Notes: a model not told the origin generated them from the sequence alone. A stretch of 64,000 nucleotides of DNA from Clostridium sp. CAG:793 (GCA_000433915.1 HF993636.1:2838-66837), one strand, 5' to 3'. Counted from the stretch's first letter, positions 28,413-37,563 are shown. A program made the numbers and translations.

Positions 28413-28770
28413 TGGTGGAGATGGTGAGAGTCGAACTCACGTCCATTAATCTTTCCATTTCAGCTTCTCCGAGTGCAGTCTGCTCTCAATATTTCATTCC
28501 GTTATAGTAGAGCAAACAACTCTAACAGAATGTATCCATTTTAAATACCCTCTATTTTAATGGAAAAAATAGCATTGTTTCCTACTTTAAATCGACGCCT
28601 TATATAAAGCAGTAGGCTCTTTGTATAAAACGGCGCTGCAATTAGGCAGCGTAAGCTAATTCTTGTCTATCAGCTTTTATTTTTAATTTGCTTTTTTATA
28701 GTGGCCGAAGCAACCATCCACTACTCGCTACTGAAACTTCTGGGTTAATGTCGAAACCATTTACACCCCC
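28413..28770 (-). ncRNA. ssrA: tmRNA (SsrA), one-piece
   Basis: rc reads GGGGGTGTAAATGGTTTCGAC... at the 5' end and ...GGACGTGAGTTCGACTCTCACCATCTCCACCA at the 3' end (tRNA-Ala-like acceptor and T-arm). Internal tag ORF GCT GAT AGA CAA GAA TTA GCT TAC GCT GCC TAA gives (A)DRQELAYAA. Confidence 0.93.
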
Positions 28771-28781
28771 ATGTACTATTC

Positions 28782-28810
28782 ATTATACTACTAATATATA
28801 TGAATAGCAA
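28782..28810 (-). promoter_or_regulatory. sigma-A-type promoter of ssrA
   Basis: On the minus strand: TTGCTA (28810-28805), a 17-nt spacer, then TATAAT (28787-28782). The -10 ends 11 nt before the mature tmRNA 5' end. Confidence 0.7.
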
Positions 28811-28835
28811 CTAATTATCTGATTTTTTTATAATA

Positions 28836-30047
28836 TTAAAATCTGATTATTTCATTATACATGTCTATTGCGAATTTATCAGTCATACCAGATATGTATG
28901 TTATTATTGCTTTTAAATAATCTGATTTATTATTTATATTATATAGTATTTTATTATCTAATTTTAATTCATTTCTGTCTGATATATTCCAATAATTTTC
29001 AATAAATCCTATAAAACCGTTTGCCAAGTTTGGACAATATCTAGCTAATTTGTTTATTTCTTTATATGATTCTTCACCTTTATATGTTGCTTTCAAAGTT
29101 TCATATATCTGATTTATTACTATTCTGAAAAATTCATTTGATGGTTTCATTCTTTGAGATAAATATATGTTTTTATAATTATAATCTTTTATTGTGTCCA
29201 TTAAGTCTATTGACTCTTTTGATAATCGTATTCCGTTTTCTAAGCTTGAATTTTCACATACATCTCGAACTAATGTATTAATTATTATTGAATTGTTTAC
29301 TTCTCTACCCAATATTTCTTCTAATTCTTTTAAATCTTTGCTTATGAATCCTAGCTTTATGGCATCTTCTATATCTCTACCTATATATGAAATTTTGTCA
29401 GATATTTTTACTACACAGCCTTCCCATGTATATGGTGAATATTGATTTGGATATTGATACTCTTTCTCTAAATCTATTGCTTCTGTTCTTGGATATAAAC
29501 TATTTTCATCTATTTCTCCACAGTGAGATATTATTCCATCTCTTACTGCATATGTAAGGTCTAGATTTTTCTTTTTGCCATTTCTGTCTTCTAATAGTTC
29601 AATATAGTCCACCATATATAAACCATTTCTCTCATGCCAGAAACTTTGCCCTATATCTCTTTTTGATATTTCTGATAATACCTTTTCCCCAGCATGACCA
29701 AATGGACTATGTCCTACATCATGTCCTGCTGCTATTGCTTTTGCTAATTCTGTATTTAAACCCAAATAATTTGCTATTGTATAACTTATTGATTCTACAT
29801 AATTTACATGTTCTATTCTTGTGCAAATGTGATCATTTTCAGGTGAATAAAATACCTGTGTTTTATGTTTTAGTCTTCTATAAGCATTTGAATGTAATAT
29901 TCTTGTATAGTCTCTTTCAAAACATGAGCGAATATCTGTATTTGCATCATAAAGTTCTTGTTCTCTTTTTGAAATTACATCCCATTTTTTATTATTCTCA
30001 TCGGCTTTAACACTTTCAAATTTTTTATCCAATATTTTTCCCTCCAT
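28836..30047 (-). CDS. dGTP triphosphohydrolase-like HD-domain protein
   Basis: 403 aa. FERDYTRILHSNAYRRLKHKTQVF, TRIEHVNYV, AGHDVGHSPFGHAGE. Confidence 0.88.
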   Translation of the reverse strand: MEGKILDKKFESVKADENNKKWDVISKREQELYDANTDIRSCFERDYTRILHSNAYRRLKHKTQVFYSPENDHICTRIEHVNYVESISYTIANYLGLNTELAKAIAAGHDVGHSPFGHAGEKVLSEISKRDIGQSFWHERNGLYMVDYIELLEDRNGKKKNLDLTYAVRDGIISHCGEIDENSLYPRTEAIDLEKEYQYPNQYSPYTWEGCVVKISDKISYIGRDIEDAIKLGFISKDLKELEEILGREVNNSIIINTLVRDVCENSSLENGIRLSKESIDLMDTIKDYNYKNIYLSQRMKPSNEFFRIVINQIYETLKATYKGEESYKEINKLARYCPNLANGFIGFIENYWNISDRNELKLDNKILYNINNKSDYLKAIITYISGMTDKFAIDMYNEIIRF

Positions 30048-30488
30048 TTATTTTTGTTTTTTGAAAACAAATAATTTGCTGAATATGTAATTTCCTATTA
30101 TAACTAATACTTGTGATATTAGCTTTACTATTTTGTCATTTCCATGCAAGCATGTTACACCTATAAACATTATTATCATATCTAAGAATAGTGTCGCTAG
30201 TCTTGATGTTACAAATTTGCTGATTTCCTTTAATTGATTTGATTCATTACTTTCAAATACGAATTTTCTATTTGTTATATATGCGAATGCGACTCCTGCA
30301 ATCCATGATATTATATTAGCAATTTGAAGTTGTACTGCATTTTCCGGATTTAGAAATGTATATATACATCCATAATATACTAATAATGATACTACTGTTG
30401 TTAGTACTCCAAATATTAAATACATTATTACTTCTTTATTTAGTACTTTTTTTAATAACTGAGAAATTTTTGATTTTTCTTTTTCCAT
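30048..30488 (-). CDS. GtrA-family membrane protein
   Basis: 146 aa, four TM segments. ...YITNRKFVFES... is typical of GtrA-like proteins. Its stop abuts the dGTPase-like gene start. Confidence 0.8.
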   Translation of the reverse strand: MEKEKSKISQLLKKVLNKEVIMYLIFGVLTTVVSLLVYYGCIYTFLNPENAVQLQIANIISWIAGVAFAYITNRKFVFESNESNQLKEISKFVTSRLATLFLDMIIMFIGVTCLHGNDKIVKLISQVLVIIGNYIFSKLFVFKKQK

Positions 30489-30514
30489 TGTATGCTCCTT
30501 TTGTTTTTATAATT

Positions 30515-30556
30515 TAAAAAGCTGTAATATACTCATATAGTGTATTACAGCTTTTT
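30515..30556 (-). terminator. rho-independent terminator after tRNA-Trp
   Basis: AAAAGCTGTAATA (30517-30529) pairs with TATTACAGCTTTT (30543-30555), with A/T tracts on both sides. Confidence 0.8.
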
Positions 30557-30560
30557 GTAT

Positions 30561-30635
30561 TGGCAGGAGTAGTAGGATTCGAACCCACACGCACGGTTTT
30601 GGAGACCGGAATGCTACCATTGACATCATACTCCT
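30561..30635 (-). tRNA. tRNA-Trp (anticodon CCA)
   Basis: rc = AGGAGTATGATGTCAATGGTAGCATTCCGGTCTCCAAAACCGTGCGTGTGGGTTCGAATCCTACTACTCCTGCCA. 7-bp acceptor stem, anticodon loop CTCCAAA, T-loop GGTTCGAATCC, encoded CCA. There is one C/U mismatch at positions 27-43. Confidence 0.92.
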
Positions 30636-30774
30636 ATCTATGAACACTTTTAATAATACCATATAAATCTTTTTTGTGCAAGTATTTTTAATTATTTTTT
30701 TGTATTTTCTTGATTTATTTGGTATTTTATGTTATTATTCTTATAGTTTTGGTGGCACTTAAATTGAGGTGCTT

Positions 30775-31371
30775 ATGTTTAATAAATTTATGTATTTATA
30801 TATTACTGTATCAATATTAGTTTGTATTCTTTTTGTTCCAGTTTTGTATTGTTATAATTTTAATTCTATTGATACCCCTGGTTATTCAGAATCATATGAT
30901 ATAATAAGTTCGAAGTTTGTATGGCCTATACCTGGATATACTTATATTTCTTCATATTTTGGAAAACGTACAAGTCCAACTGCTGGAGCTTCTAGTTACC
31001 ATTCTGGACTTGACATTCCTGCTCCTGAAGGAACGTACTTATTTGCAGTTGATAATGGATATATATCTTTTGCTTCATGGGGTGCAGGTGGTGGATATAC
31101 TATTGTTTTAAATTCTACTAATTTCCCCAATTTTTCTTTTTCATATTGTCATGTTTCTCCAACAATGTTTGTTTCTGTTGGCGATACTGTTAATCAAAAA
31201 CAATGCATTGGAATGGTTGGTCCTAAAAATGTTTATGGCATTAACAATAATCCATATAAAGACTCAAATGGTAATCCAACTAATGGTGCAACAACTGGTT
31301 GTCATTTACATTTTAGTGTTAAATCTTCTGGTAATGTTGTTAATCCTCTTGATTTCTATACAATAAAATAA
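30775..31371 (+). CDS. M23-family peptidoglycan metalloendopeptidase
   Basis: N-terminal TM/signal segment and M23 motifs YHSGLDIPAPEGT and GCHLHFSV. Start taken as the ATG at 30775, with GAGG 6 nt upstream. The track starts at the GTG at 30769. Confidence 0.88.
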   Translation: MFNKFMYLYITVSILVCILFVPVLYCYNFNSIDTPGYSESYDIISSKFVWPIPGYTYISSYFGKRTSPTAGASSYHSGLDIPAPEGTYLFAVDNGYISFASWGAGGGYTIVLNSTNFPNFSFSYCHVSPTMFVSVGDTVNQKQCIGMVGPKNVYGINNNPYKDSNGNPTNGATTGCHLHFSVKSSGNVVNPLDFYTIK

Positions 31372-31411
31372 GCAATAACCTTTCAAAAGTTACCGCTTAT
31401 TTCTTTTTATT

Positions 31412-32179
31412 TTACATATCGTCATCATTATCGTCATGTTTGTTTTCAGTTTGTGGTTTATCATTTTCTTGTTTGTCTTTTTTATTTTTTGATTTTTTCT
31501 TTTTATCAGGTGTTGCTTTATATTCATTTTCATTATCTTTTACAAATTCTTCATCATAATCATCATCGTCGTCATCAATTTGATAATGTTCTTGTTTCAA
31601 AAGCTCTTCCTCTTCTGGGTCATAACTATCCATTTCAAGATCTCTAATTTCATCATCAGTTAATTGCGCTCTCTCATCATCTATAAGATGTGAATTGCAT
31701 GAATCACAATGGCCAGAGCATTCTGTATCTCCCCAGTCTATGCTTATGCTTCTATTACAATTTGGACATTCAATTTCATCTGAGTTTTCAATCTTGTCTT
31801 GTTCTGATACTATAAATTTATATTTGCAATATGGACATTTAACCTGAAATTCGTAATCATCTGAACATTTTTCGTCACAACAATCACAGCAATCGCAATC
31901 TTCTGCATAATAATCACTATCATCATCATCTTCTTGATCGTCTTCGTCAAAATATATATCTTTTTCTATACGACTAAGCTTTCTTTTTATTTCAGATAAT
32001 TCTTTACTCATTATTTCTTGTCTTTCAGATAATTCTTCATTATCATTGCGAGCTTTAGATATTATTTCAAGTAATAATTCTTGTATCTGCAATTTTAATG
32101 ATTGTACAACTTCCTTATCATCAACTTTTTTTTCTAGCTCATCTATTATTTTATGATAAGCATCAATCATTTTAGACAT
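31412..32179 (-). CDS. hyper-acidic, Cys-rich zinc-ribbon protein (unknown function)
   Basis: 255 aa. N-terminal coiled-coil-like region, CDCCDCCDEKC, CPYCKYKF...CPNCNRSI, CSGHCDSCNSH and long D/E runs. Lies 20 nt upstream of efp. Confidence 0.75.
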   Translation of the reverse strand: MSKMIDAYHKIIDELEKKVDDKEVVQSLKLQIQELLLEIISKARNDNEELSERQEIMSKELSEIKRKLSRIEKDIYFDEDDQEDDDDSDYYAEDCDCCDCCDEKCSDDYEFQVKCPYCKYKFIVSEQDKIENSDEIECPNCNRSISIDWGDTECSGHCDSCNSHLIDDERAQLTDDEIRDLEMDSYDPEEEELLKQEHYQIDDDDDDYDEEFVKDNENEYKATPDKKKKSKNKKDKQENDKPQTENKHDDNDDDM

Positions 32180-32199
32180 TAATAAACCTCTTCCTTTAA

Positions 32200-32766
32200 T
32201 TAAACTCTTTCTAGATATTCACCTGTTCTAGTATCAATTTTGATAACATCTCCAATGTTTATGAACATTGGTACTGTTATTTCTAATCCATTTTCTAATT
32301 TAGCTGGTTTTCCTGATGTAGTTGTTGTATTTCCAGCAAATCCTGGTTCTGTATATGTTACTTCTAATTCGATGAACATTGGTGGTTCAATTGAGAATAC
32401 CTTTCCTTTGTATGAAAGAACTTTTACATTCATGTTTTCTTTTAAGTATTTTAAGCTGTCTCCTAATTGTTCTTTGTTTAAAGGCATTTGCTCATAAGTT
32501 TCATTATCCATGAAATAATATAAATCACCATCTGCATATAAATATTGCATTTCTTTTTTCTCAATTTCTGCTGATGGATATTTTTCTGATGGATTGAATG
32601 TTTTTTCTAAAACACTTCCTGTTATTACGTTCTTTATTTTTGTTCTTACGAATGCTGATCCTTTTCCTGGTTTTACGTGTTGGAATTCAACAACTCTATA
32701 AACGTTTCCGTCCATTTCAAATGTTGTTCCGTTTCTAAAATCTCCTGCTGAATATACTGTTGCCAT
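32200..32766 (-). CDS. efp: elongation factor P
   Basis: 188 aa. [38 protein letters not shown] is diagnostic. Confidence 0.96.
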   Translation of the reverse strand: MATVYSAGDFRNGTTFEMDGNVYRVVEFQHVKPGKGSAFVRTKIKNVITGSVLEKTFNPSEKYPSAEIEKKEMQYLYADGDLYYFMDNETYEQMPLNKEQLGDSLKYLKENMNVKVLSYKGKVFSIEPPMFIELEVTYTEPGFAGNTTTTSGKPAKLENGLEITVPMFINIGDVIKIDTRTGEYLERV

Positions 32767-32860
32767 TATTATACCCCTCCCTAATTAAATTATACATTTT
32801 AGGTATTTTTTTCTAATTTACCTATTTTTTTCGTATTACGCATATATTTTATTTTACAAC

Positions 32861-32887
32861 AAAAAGGCTGAAAAATCAAGCCTTTTT
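32861..32887 (-). terminator. rho-independent terminator after ruvX
   Basis: AAAAAGGCT / AGCCTTTTT stem with a 9-nt loop, 16 nt after the stop at 32903. Confidence 0.75.
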
Positions 32888-32902
32888 AATTAAGTTACAT
32901 AA

Positions 32903-33319
32903 TTATTTTTTGTTTATATATCCTTCTAATATATATACTGCTGCTAATGTATCTACTATTGATTTCTTTTTTCTATTATTTAGCTCAAGATAATTCATCG
33001 TTCTATGAGCTTCAACAGATGTTAATCTTTCGTCTATTTGCACTATCTGGATTTTGTTAAATCTTGATTTTAATTTATGTATAAATTTTTCTGTTTCTTC
33101 ACATCTTTGGCTTTTGGTTCCATCCATATTTAATGGATTCCCTATTACAAAAGTATCTATTTCATATTGTTGCATTATCTCATCAATACGTTTTAATATT
33201 ATTTTGTCATTGCCATTTGATGTAACTGTTTCAAGTCCTTGTGCTGTTATTCCAAGTTCATCTGTTATAGCTAATCCTGTTCTTGCTAAACCATAGTCTA
33301 TTCCTAATTTTCTACTCAT
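32903..33319 (-). CDS. ruvX: Holliday-junction resolvase-like nuclease RuvX (YqgF)
   Basis: 138 aa. [28 protein letters not shown]. Confidence 0.92.
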   Translation of the reverse strand: MSRKLGIDYGLARTGLAITDELGITAQGLETVTSNGNDKIILKRIDEIMQQYEIDTFVIGNPLNMDGTKSQRCEETEKFIHKLKSRFNKIQIVQIDERLTSVEAHRTMNYLELNNRKKKSIVDTLAAVYILEGYINKK

Positions 33320-33566
33320 CTATGTCTATATATTCCTTAACCATTTTTTCTAATAATTCATCTCTTTCGATCTTTCTGATTAAATTACGAGCTCCATTAT
33401 GGCTTGTAATATAAGTTGGATCTCCAGATAAAATATATCCTACGATTTGATTTATTGGATTATATCCTTTTTCTTTCAAATCATTATAAACTTCTTTTAA
33501 TATTTCTTTTGTTTTTGTGTTTTCTTCTCTTTCTAAATTGAAGCTTACTGTTTCATCACTATTCAT
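33312..33566 (-). CDS. IreB-family regulatory phosphoprotein (UPF0297/YrzL-like)
   Basis: 84 aa. [40 protein letters not shown]. Overlaps ruvX by 8 nt. Confidence 0.9.
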   Translation of the reverse strand: MNSDETVSFNLEREENTKTKEILKEVYNDLKEKGYNPINQIVGYILSGDPTYITSHNGARNLIRKIERDELLEKMVKEYIDIDE

Positions 33567-33595
33567 ATAGTATTTCCTCCTTTTTTAAAGATTTA

Positions 33596-34717
33596 TTACA
33601 ATACATTTATGTTATTATCATCTGATAAGTCTATGTATTCTTCAACTTTTTTTAGTGCACCATCAAGTGATGTTCCTTTATAATAAGTTGATATTGCTAC
33701 TCTTATTTTGGGGCTTACAACTACCTCAACATCTGAATTTTCATCTTGACCATCAGCTTGCTTGCTTACTTCTTTGTAATCATCTGCTGCAACAATTTGC
33801 ATTGCTTCAATTTTTGATTTTAATTCTTGCATAAAATTGTTAACTCCTGATGAATCTGCTCCTGAAAATACAATTGCAAATTTAGGTCCCATATATCTTA
33901 CAAAAATGTATTCTTTTGCAAGATTATTTTTTACAAATTCAGATACTTGAGTTATTACTCTATCACCAGTTTTTCTACTGATTTCTGTATTAATCTTAGG
34001 TAAGTTTACTATTTTAAATATACATATAGCTGATGTAGTATATTTATCAATTACCTTTTTTCCATCACCATATAGATATTCTGCTGATTTAAGTCCTGAA
34101 TATAAATCATCCCTTACTATATTTTCTATTGTTGATTGATTTTGTACTGTTCTTAGTATTGTTACTATATTGTTTCTGACTACTTCTAATATTGTTGTAT
34201 CTATTTTGTCAAACTCGTGTGGTACACTTCCCTCTATAATCCAGTATCCAATATAAACATTATCTACATATAAAGGGAAGAATATTGCACATTTTGCTCT
34301 TCCAAATTCCATCTTTTGATATGGTAGCTTTTCGTTTTCGTTATCAACTGTTACATACTTTGGAGTAGCAGTTCTTATACTGTCTCCAAATACAGGATCA
34401 CTTTGAAGATTTTTCAAAGTGTCCCAATGTTTGCTGTCAACATTTGAAGCTTTTATTACATATTCAGCGCCATCAAATACAACTATTGTAGAATATTTTA
34501 TTGAATATTTATTTATTAATATATCATTTATGCTTTCTAATTTTTCTTTTATTGTTGTATTTTCGCCTAAAGTATTCATAAACTCTTGCAATACATTTAA
34601 GCTCGTTACTCTTTGATTTAAATTAGTAAAAGTATCAATTTTCTTATGCACTGAATAATTGTATATCATTAAAATGCCTACAATTGTGACTAATACTATT
34701 ATAGTTGCTAATACCAA
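33596..34717 (-). CDS. membrane-anchored GAF-like + degenerate GGDEF-like domain protein
   Basis: 373 aa with an N-terminal TM segment. Central GAF-like block (AIFFPLYVDNVYIGYWIIEG). C-terminal GGDEF-fold-like block with DDLYSGLKS in place of D-LTGL-NR and RYMGPKFAIVF in place of R-GGDEF. Domain calls by eye only. Confidence 0.55.
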   Translation of the reverse strand: MVLATIIVLVTIVGILMIYNYSVHKKIDTFTNLNQRVTSLNVLQEFMNTLGENTTIKEKLESINDILINKYSIKYSTIVVFDGAEYVIKASNVDSKHWDTLKNLQSDPVFGDSIRTATPKYVTVDNENEKLPYQKMEFGRAKCAIFFPLYVDNVYIGYWIIEGSVPHEFDKIDTTILEVVRNNIVTILRTVQNQSTIENIVRDDLYSGLKSAEYLYGDGKKVIDKYTTSAICIFKIVNLPKINTEISRKTGDRVITQVSEFVKNNLAKEYIFVRYMGPKFAIVFSGADSSGVNNFMQELKSKIEAMQIVAADDYKEVSKQADGQDENSDVEVVVSPKIRVAISTYYKGTSLDGALKKVEEYIDLSDDNNINVL

Positions 34718-34736
34718 AAGATATCACCTCTTATTC

Positions 34737-37559
34737 TTAAAAATTATTTGACCTCATTTTGTTTAATGTATCATTTACATTGTTTGAAAATTGCGTTCCC
34801 TGTGTTGGTTGTTGTTTACGCTTTTTTCCACCAAATAATCCATGTTTTTCTTCTGTATAACTTGGTGTTTTATAATTTGAGTATTGATTGTTATTCTTTG
34901 CTCCTCCAGATACTAGTGGATATACCATATTTCTTAGTTCTTCTAAATTTGCCATAAAGTTTTGTGAATATCCGTTTAAAGATAATTGACACATTGCTAT
35001 TGATTCAAGGTATCTTGCATATGTTCCTTCTTCAAATGGTATTAATGTATATTTTACTGTTTCTGGATTAAATAAATCTCTTTGTAATGTCATTGAAGGT
35101 TCATTATATTTTGACATTCCTCCAATTATTAATTTTTCATTTAATCTTTTTAATTTTACATATTTATTTATAACAATTCTTAATTTACTTTCATCTAACA
35201 TATTTTTTAATTTTAGATTACTTAAAAATGATGTTAATGGTTGAATTGTAAATGCATCCATTGATTGTATTAAATAAATTTCATTAACACTTGTAAAAAA
35301 CTCTGGTGCTGTTTCAAAGTCACAGTCTATTAATGCAATATCGAAATTGTTTGATAACGTTTTTAACATCATGTCTTTATTGGTTTCTTCTTGTAATCCA
35401 TCTGGTAAAGATGTAAATACTGTTAGATTCTTATTTACTTCTAGTCCATTTACTATTCCACCTGATAAATTGCTAATACTTTCTGTTGCTATTTTCATTA
35501 AGTTAGTATCATTATCAGTAAACATATAATATGAATTTTTATTTTTTGTTAAATCCAATATTGCTGTTTTTACACCTTTTTGTGACAACAATTGTGCTAA
35601 GTTGTTGATTATGAATGATGTTCCATTTTTTGTTGTTCCAACAAAAGCGACTAATTTGCCGTTTCCTGCAATAACATTATTATTTGGTGTAAACTGATTA
35701 TTTACATTTGAATTTGGTAGATTGTTTTGATTTATTGTTGATTGCATATTGTTATCAAATGATGTTTCATTTGAATTTGTTTCTTGCATTAAACTTTGAT
35801 TGCTATTTTGTGCATATTGCTGATATGGCATACTTTCAAATGAATTTGCATATTGATTGTAATTTACATTTTGTGTTTGATCATATACGTTATTGTATTC
35901 TGCATTTGGAGCTTGCTCGTACATATTATTATAGTTTACGGTTTGTTCTGGTGCAAATTGCTTATTATAATCTGTGCTTGATGCTGGTTCATATGGCTTA
36001 TTATAATATGTGTTTGGTGCTGGTTCGTATGATTTACTGTAATCTGCACTAGGCATAGGATTTTGTTCTGGTTCATATGGCTCTCTATAATATGAATCAT
36101 CATATTTTGGTAATGGACTTTGTCCATAATTCATAGGTGCATTGTTAGTCATGTCATCAAGTCCTGGTAATACATCTGATTGTGTATCATTAGTATTTCC
36201 TAATGAGTCTAAATCAAATAAATTTAATGATTCATTTTGATCATTATTATCATGTTTTGGCTCTTCTATGCTTGAATTATTGACTTCACCATTTGCATTT
36301 GTTTCAATGTTCTTCTTAGGTGGTCTACCTCTTCTTTTCTTTGCTGTTGGTACTATTGGTGCTGGTGTAACCATTATTGGTTGTTCTGCACTATCTATTA
36401 TTTTTCTTGGTCTGCCTCTTCCTCTCTTTTTTGTTTCTATGTTATTATCTATTGTTGCATTTTGATTGCTAAATTCGTTTGGCATATTATTAATATTTTC
36501 TCCTTGTGTTTCTTGCATTGCTGGTTCTTCATTTGTATTCATTGTAAATTGATTTTGCTGATTTGGTCTATTTCCCTGATTTATATGGTTTGGCACCATT
36601 GGTGCTGGCTGTTGTATTGGCTGTATTGACTGCTGCACTGGTTTCTGCGCTATTTTTTTCACTGGCGCTGTTGCTGGATATTTCATTGGTCTTTGACTTT
36701 CTGCTACAACTTTCTTTTTATCTATATTAATTGTTGATGGTATTATTATTGGTTTATCAGTTTCTGCTTTTCCTATATCTTTTGTTAGTATCTCTAGATT
36801 AGCAGGTTTCTTTGGATTTTGTTGATTATATGGTACATACGATCCATTTGATAATACTGTTCCATTGTAAATTAATTTCTGATAACGTGGCGAATTTGCT
36901 TCTAGAATTTGTTTTACCTCTAAAGGTAAAAATTTTATGATTATTCGTAATTGAGTTTCTGTATATTGATCAGCTATGCTATCAAAACTTTCTACACATT
37001 TTTTAACATTTGGACCAATTTTTCTATAATGTGCTAATATATTTTGAAGTTCTGGTTCGCTTACGTCTTGATCGTCTGTACGCTCATATGGTGTAATTTC
37101 ATCTGAATCTACTTTATAATAAGCTTTAGCTTCTTTTTTGCTACGTGGCTTATTAATTAAATTACATACAGTGTCAATACTTCTGTCATTTCCTATAATG
37201 GCATTGTATATTCCTATTCCAAATAATTTAATTAATAATGCATCAGATTGATTTCTTCTATCTGAGCATATTAAAATAATTGGTATATCCTCTCCAGTAG
37301 GTTTTGATGCCTCATCACTTATACTATCTAATTTTTCAAACAAAAATTTATCTATTGCTTCATAATTGTTATTTGATATAGGCTCTAGGTCCTCACCAAT
37401 AACAACTGCATCATATGTTTTATTCCTTTGTAATTCTTTTATTATTGCATTAAAGTAATAAACATTTTTGCTTGTAATTATCTCCTTATATTTTTGTTGA
37501 TATTTGTTTACAACTGATGTTGTAATATTATCATTACTTACTGCAAATAAAACTCTCAT
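34737..37559 (-). CDS. 940-aa multidomain protein: receiver-like N-domain, disordered Q/N/P/Y-rich linker with two AT-hooks, C-terminal ParA/MinD-like domain with atypical P-loop
   Basis: N-terminus RVLFAV...YDAVVIGEDL...PIILICSD has a flavodoxin-like pattern. AT-hooks KKRGRGRPRK (36402-36431) and KKRRGRPPKK (36312-36341). C-terminal VAFVGTTKNGTSFIINNLAQLLSQKGVKTAILDL, DIALIDCD, LRIVINKY give a MinD/ParA-like topology. Confidence 0.8.
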   Translation of the reverse strand: MRVLFAVSNDNITTSVVNKYQQKYKEIITSKNVYYFNAIIKELQRNKTYDAVVIGEDLEPISNNNYEAIDKFLFEKLDSISDEASKPTGEDIPIILICSDRRNQSDALLIKLFGIGIYNAIIGNDRSIDTVCNLINKPRSKKEAKAYYKVDSDEITPYERTDDQDVSEPELQNILAHYRKIGPNVKKCVESFDSIADQYTETQLRIIIKFLPLEVKQILEANSPRYQKLIYNGTVLSNGSYVPYNQQNPKKPANLEILTKDIGKAETDKPIIIPSTINIDKKKVVAESQRPMKYPATAPVKKIAQKPVQQSIQPIQQPAPMVPNHINQGNRPNQQNQFTMNTNEEPAMQETQGENINNMPNEFSNQNATIDNNIETKKRGRGRPRKIIDSAEQPIMVTPAPIVPTAKKRRGRPPKKNIETNANGEVNNSSIEEPKHDNNDQNESLNLFDLDSLGNTNDTQSDVLPGLDDMTNNAPMNYGQSPLPKYDDSYYREPYEPEQNPMPSADYSKSYEPAPNTYYNKPYEPASSTDYNKQFAPEQTVNYNNMYEQAPNAEYNNVYDQTQNVNYNQYANSFESMPYQQYAQNSNQSLMQETNSNETSFDNNMQSTINQNNLPNSNVNNQFTPNNNVIAGNGKLVAFVGTTKNGTSFIINNLAQLLSQKGVKTAILDLTKNKNSYYMFTDNDTNLMKIATESISNLSGGIVNGLEVNKNLTVFTSLPDGLQEETNKDMMLKTLSNNFDIALIDCDFETAPEFFTSVNEIYLIQSMDAFTIQPLTSFLSNLKLKNMLDESKLRIVINKYVKLKRLNEKLIIGGMSKYNEPSMTLQRDLFNPETVKYTLIPFEEGTYARYLESIAMCQLSLNGYSQNFMANLEELRNMVYPLVSGGAKNNNQYSNYKTPSYTEEKHGLFGGKKRKQQPTQGTQFSNNVNDTLNKMRSNNF
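35829..36092 (-). repeat. degenerate 36-nt (12-aa) tandem repeats inside the 940-aa gene
   Basis: Consecutive in-frame units DYSKSYEPAPNT / YYNKPYEPASST / DYNKQFAPEQTV / NYNNMYEQAPNA / EYNNVYDQTQNV / NYNQYANSFESM at 36044-35829, plus YYREPYEPEQNP at 36092-36057. Confidence 0.8.
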
Positions 37560-37563
37560 TTGT

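Noticed and set aside
28219-28507. ORFs 28219-28458 (minus strand) and 28295-28507 (plus strand).
   Set aside because: They overlap the ssrA terminator and the tmRNA 3' domain. The region is explained by the tmRNA gene.
28836-30047. The dGTPase-like HD protein next to tmRNA, considered as a possible dNTP-depleting anti-phage gene.
   Set aside because: No integrase, att duplication or other island features flank it. It abuts a GtrA gene in an ordinary operon arrangement, and this type of dGTPase-like gene is widespread as an apparently housekeeping gene in Firmicutes. A defence role cannot be excluded without phylogeny, but the sequence context does not support one.
35708-36127. ORFs 35708-36052 (plus strand) and 35936-36127 (minus strand), which have strikingly repetitive translations.
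   Set aside because: They are off-frame and antisense readings of the 36-nt tandem repeats inside the 940-aa gene, not independent genes.
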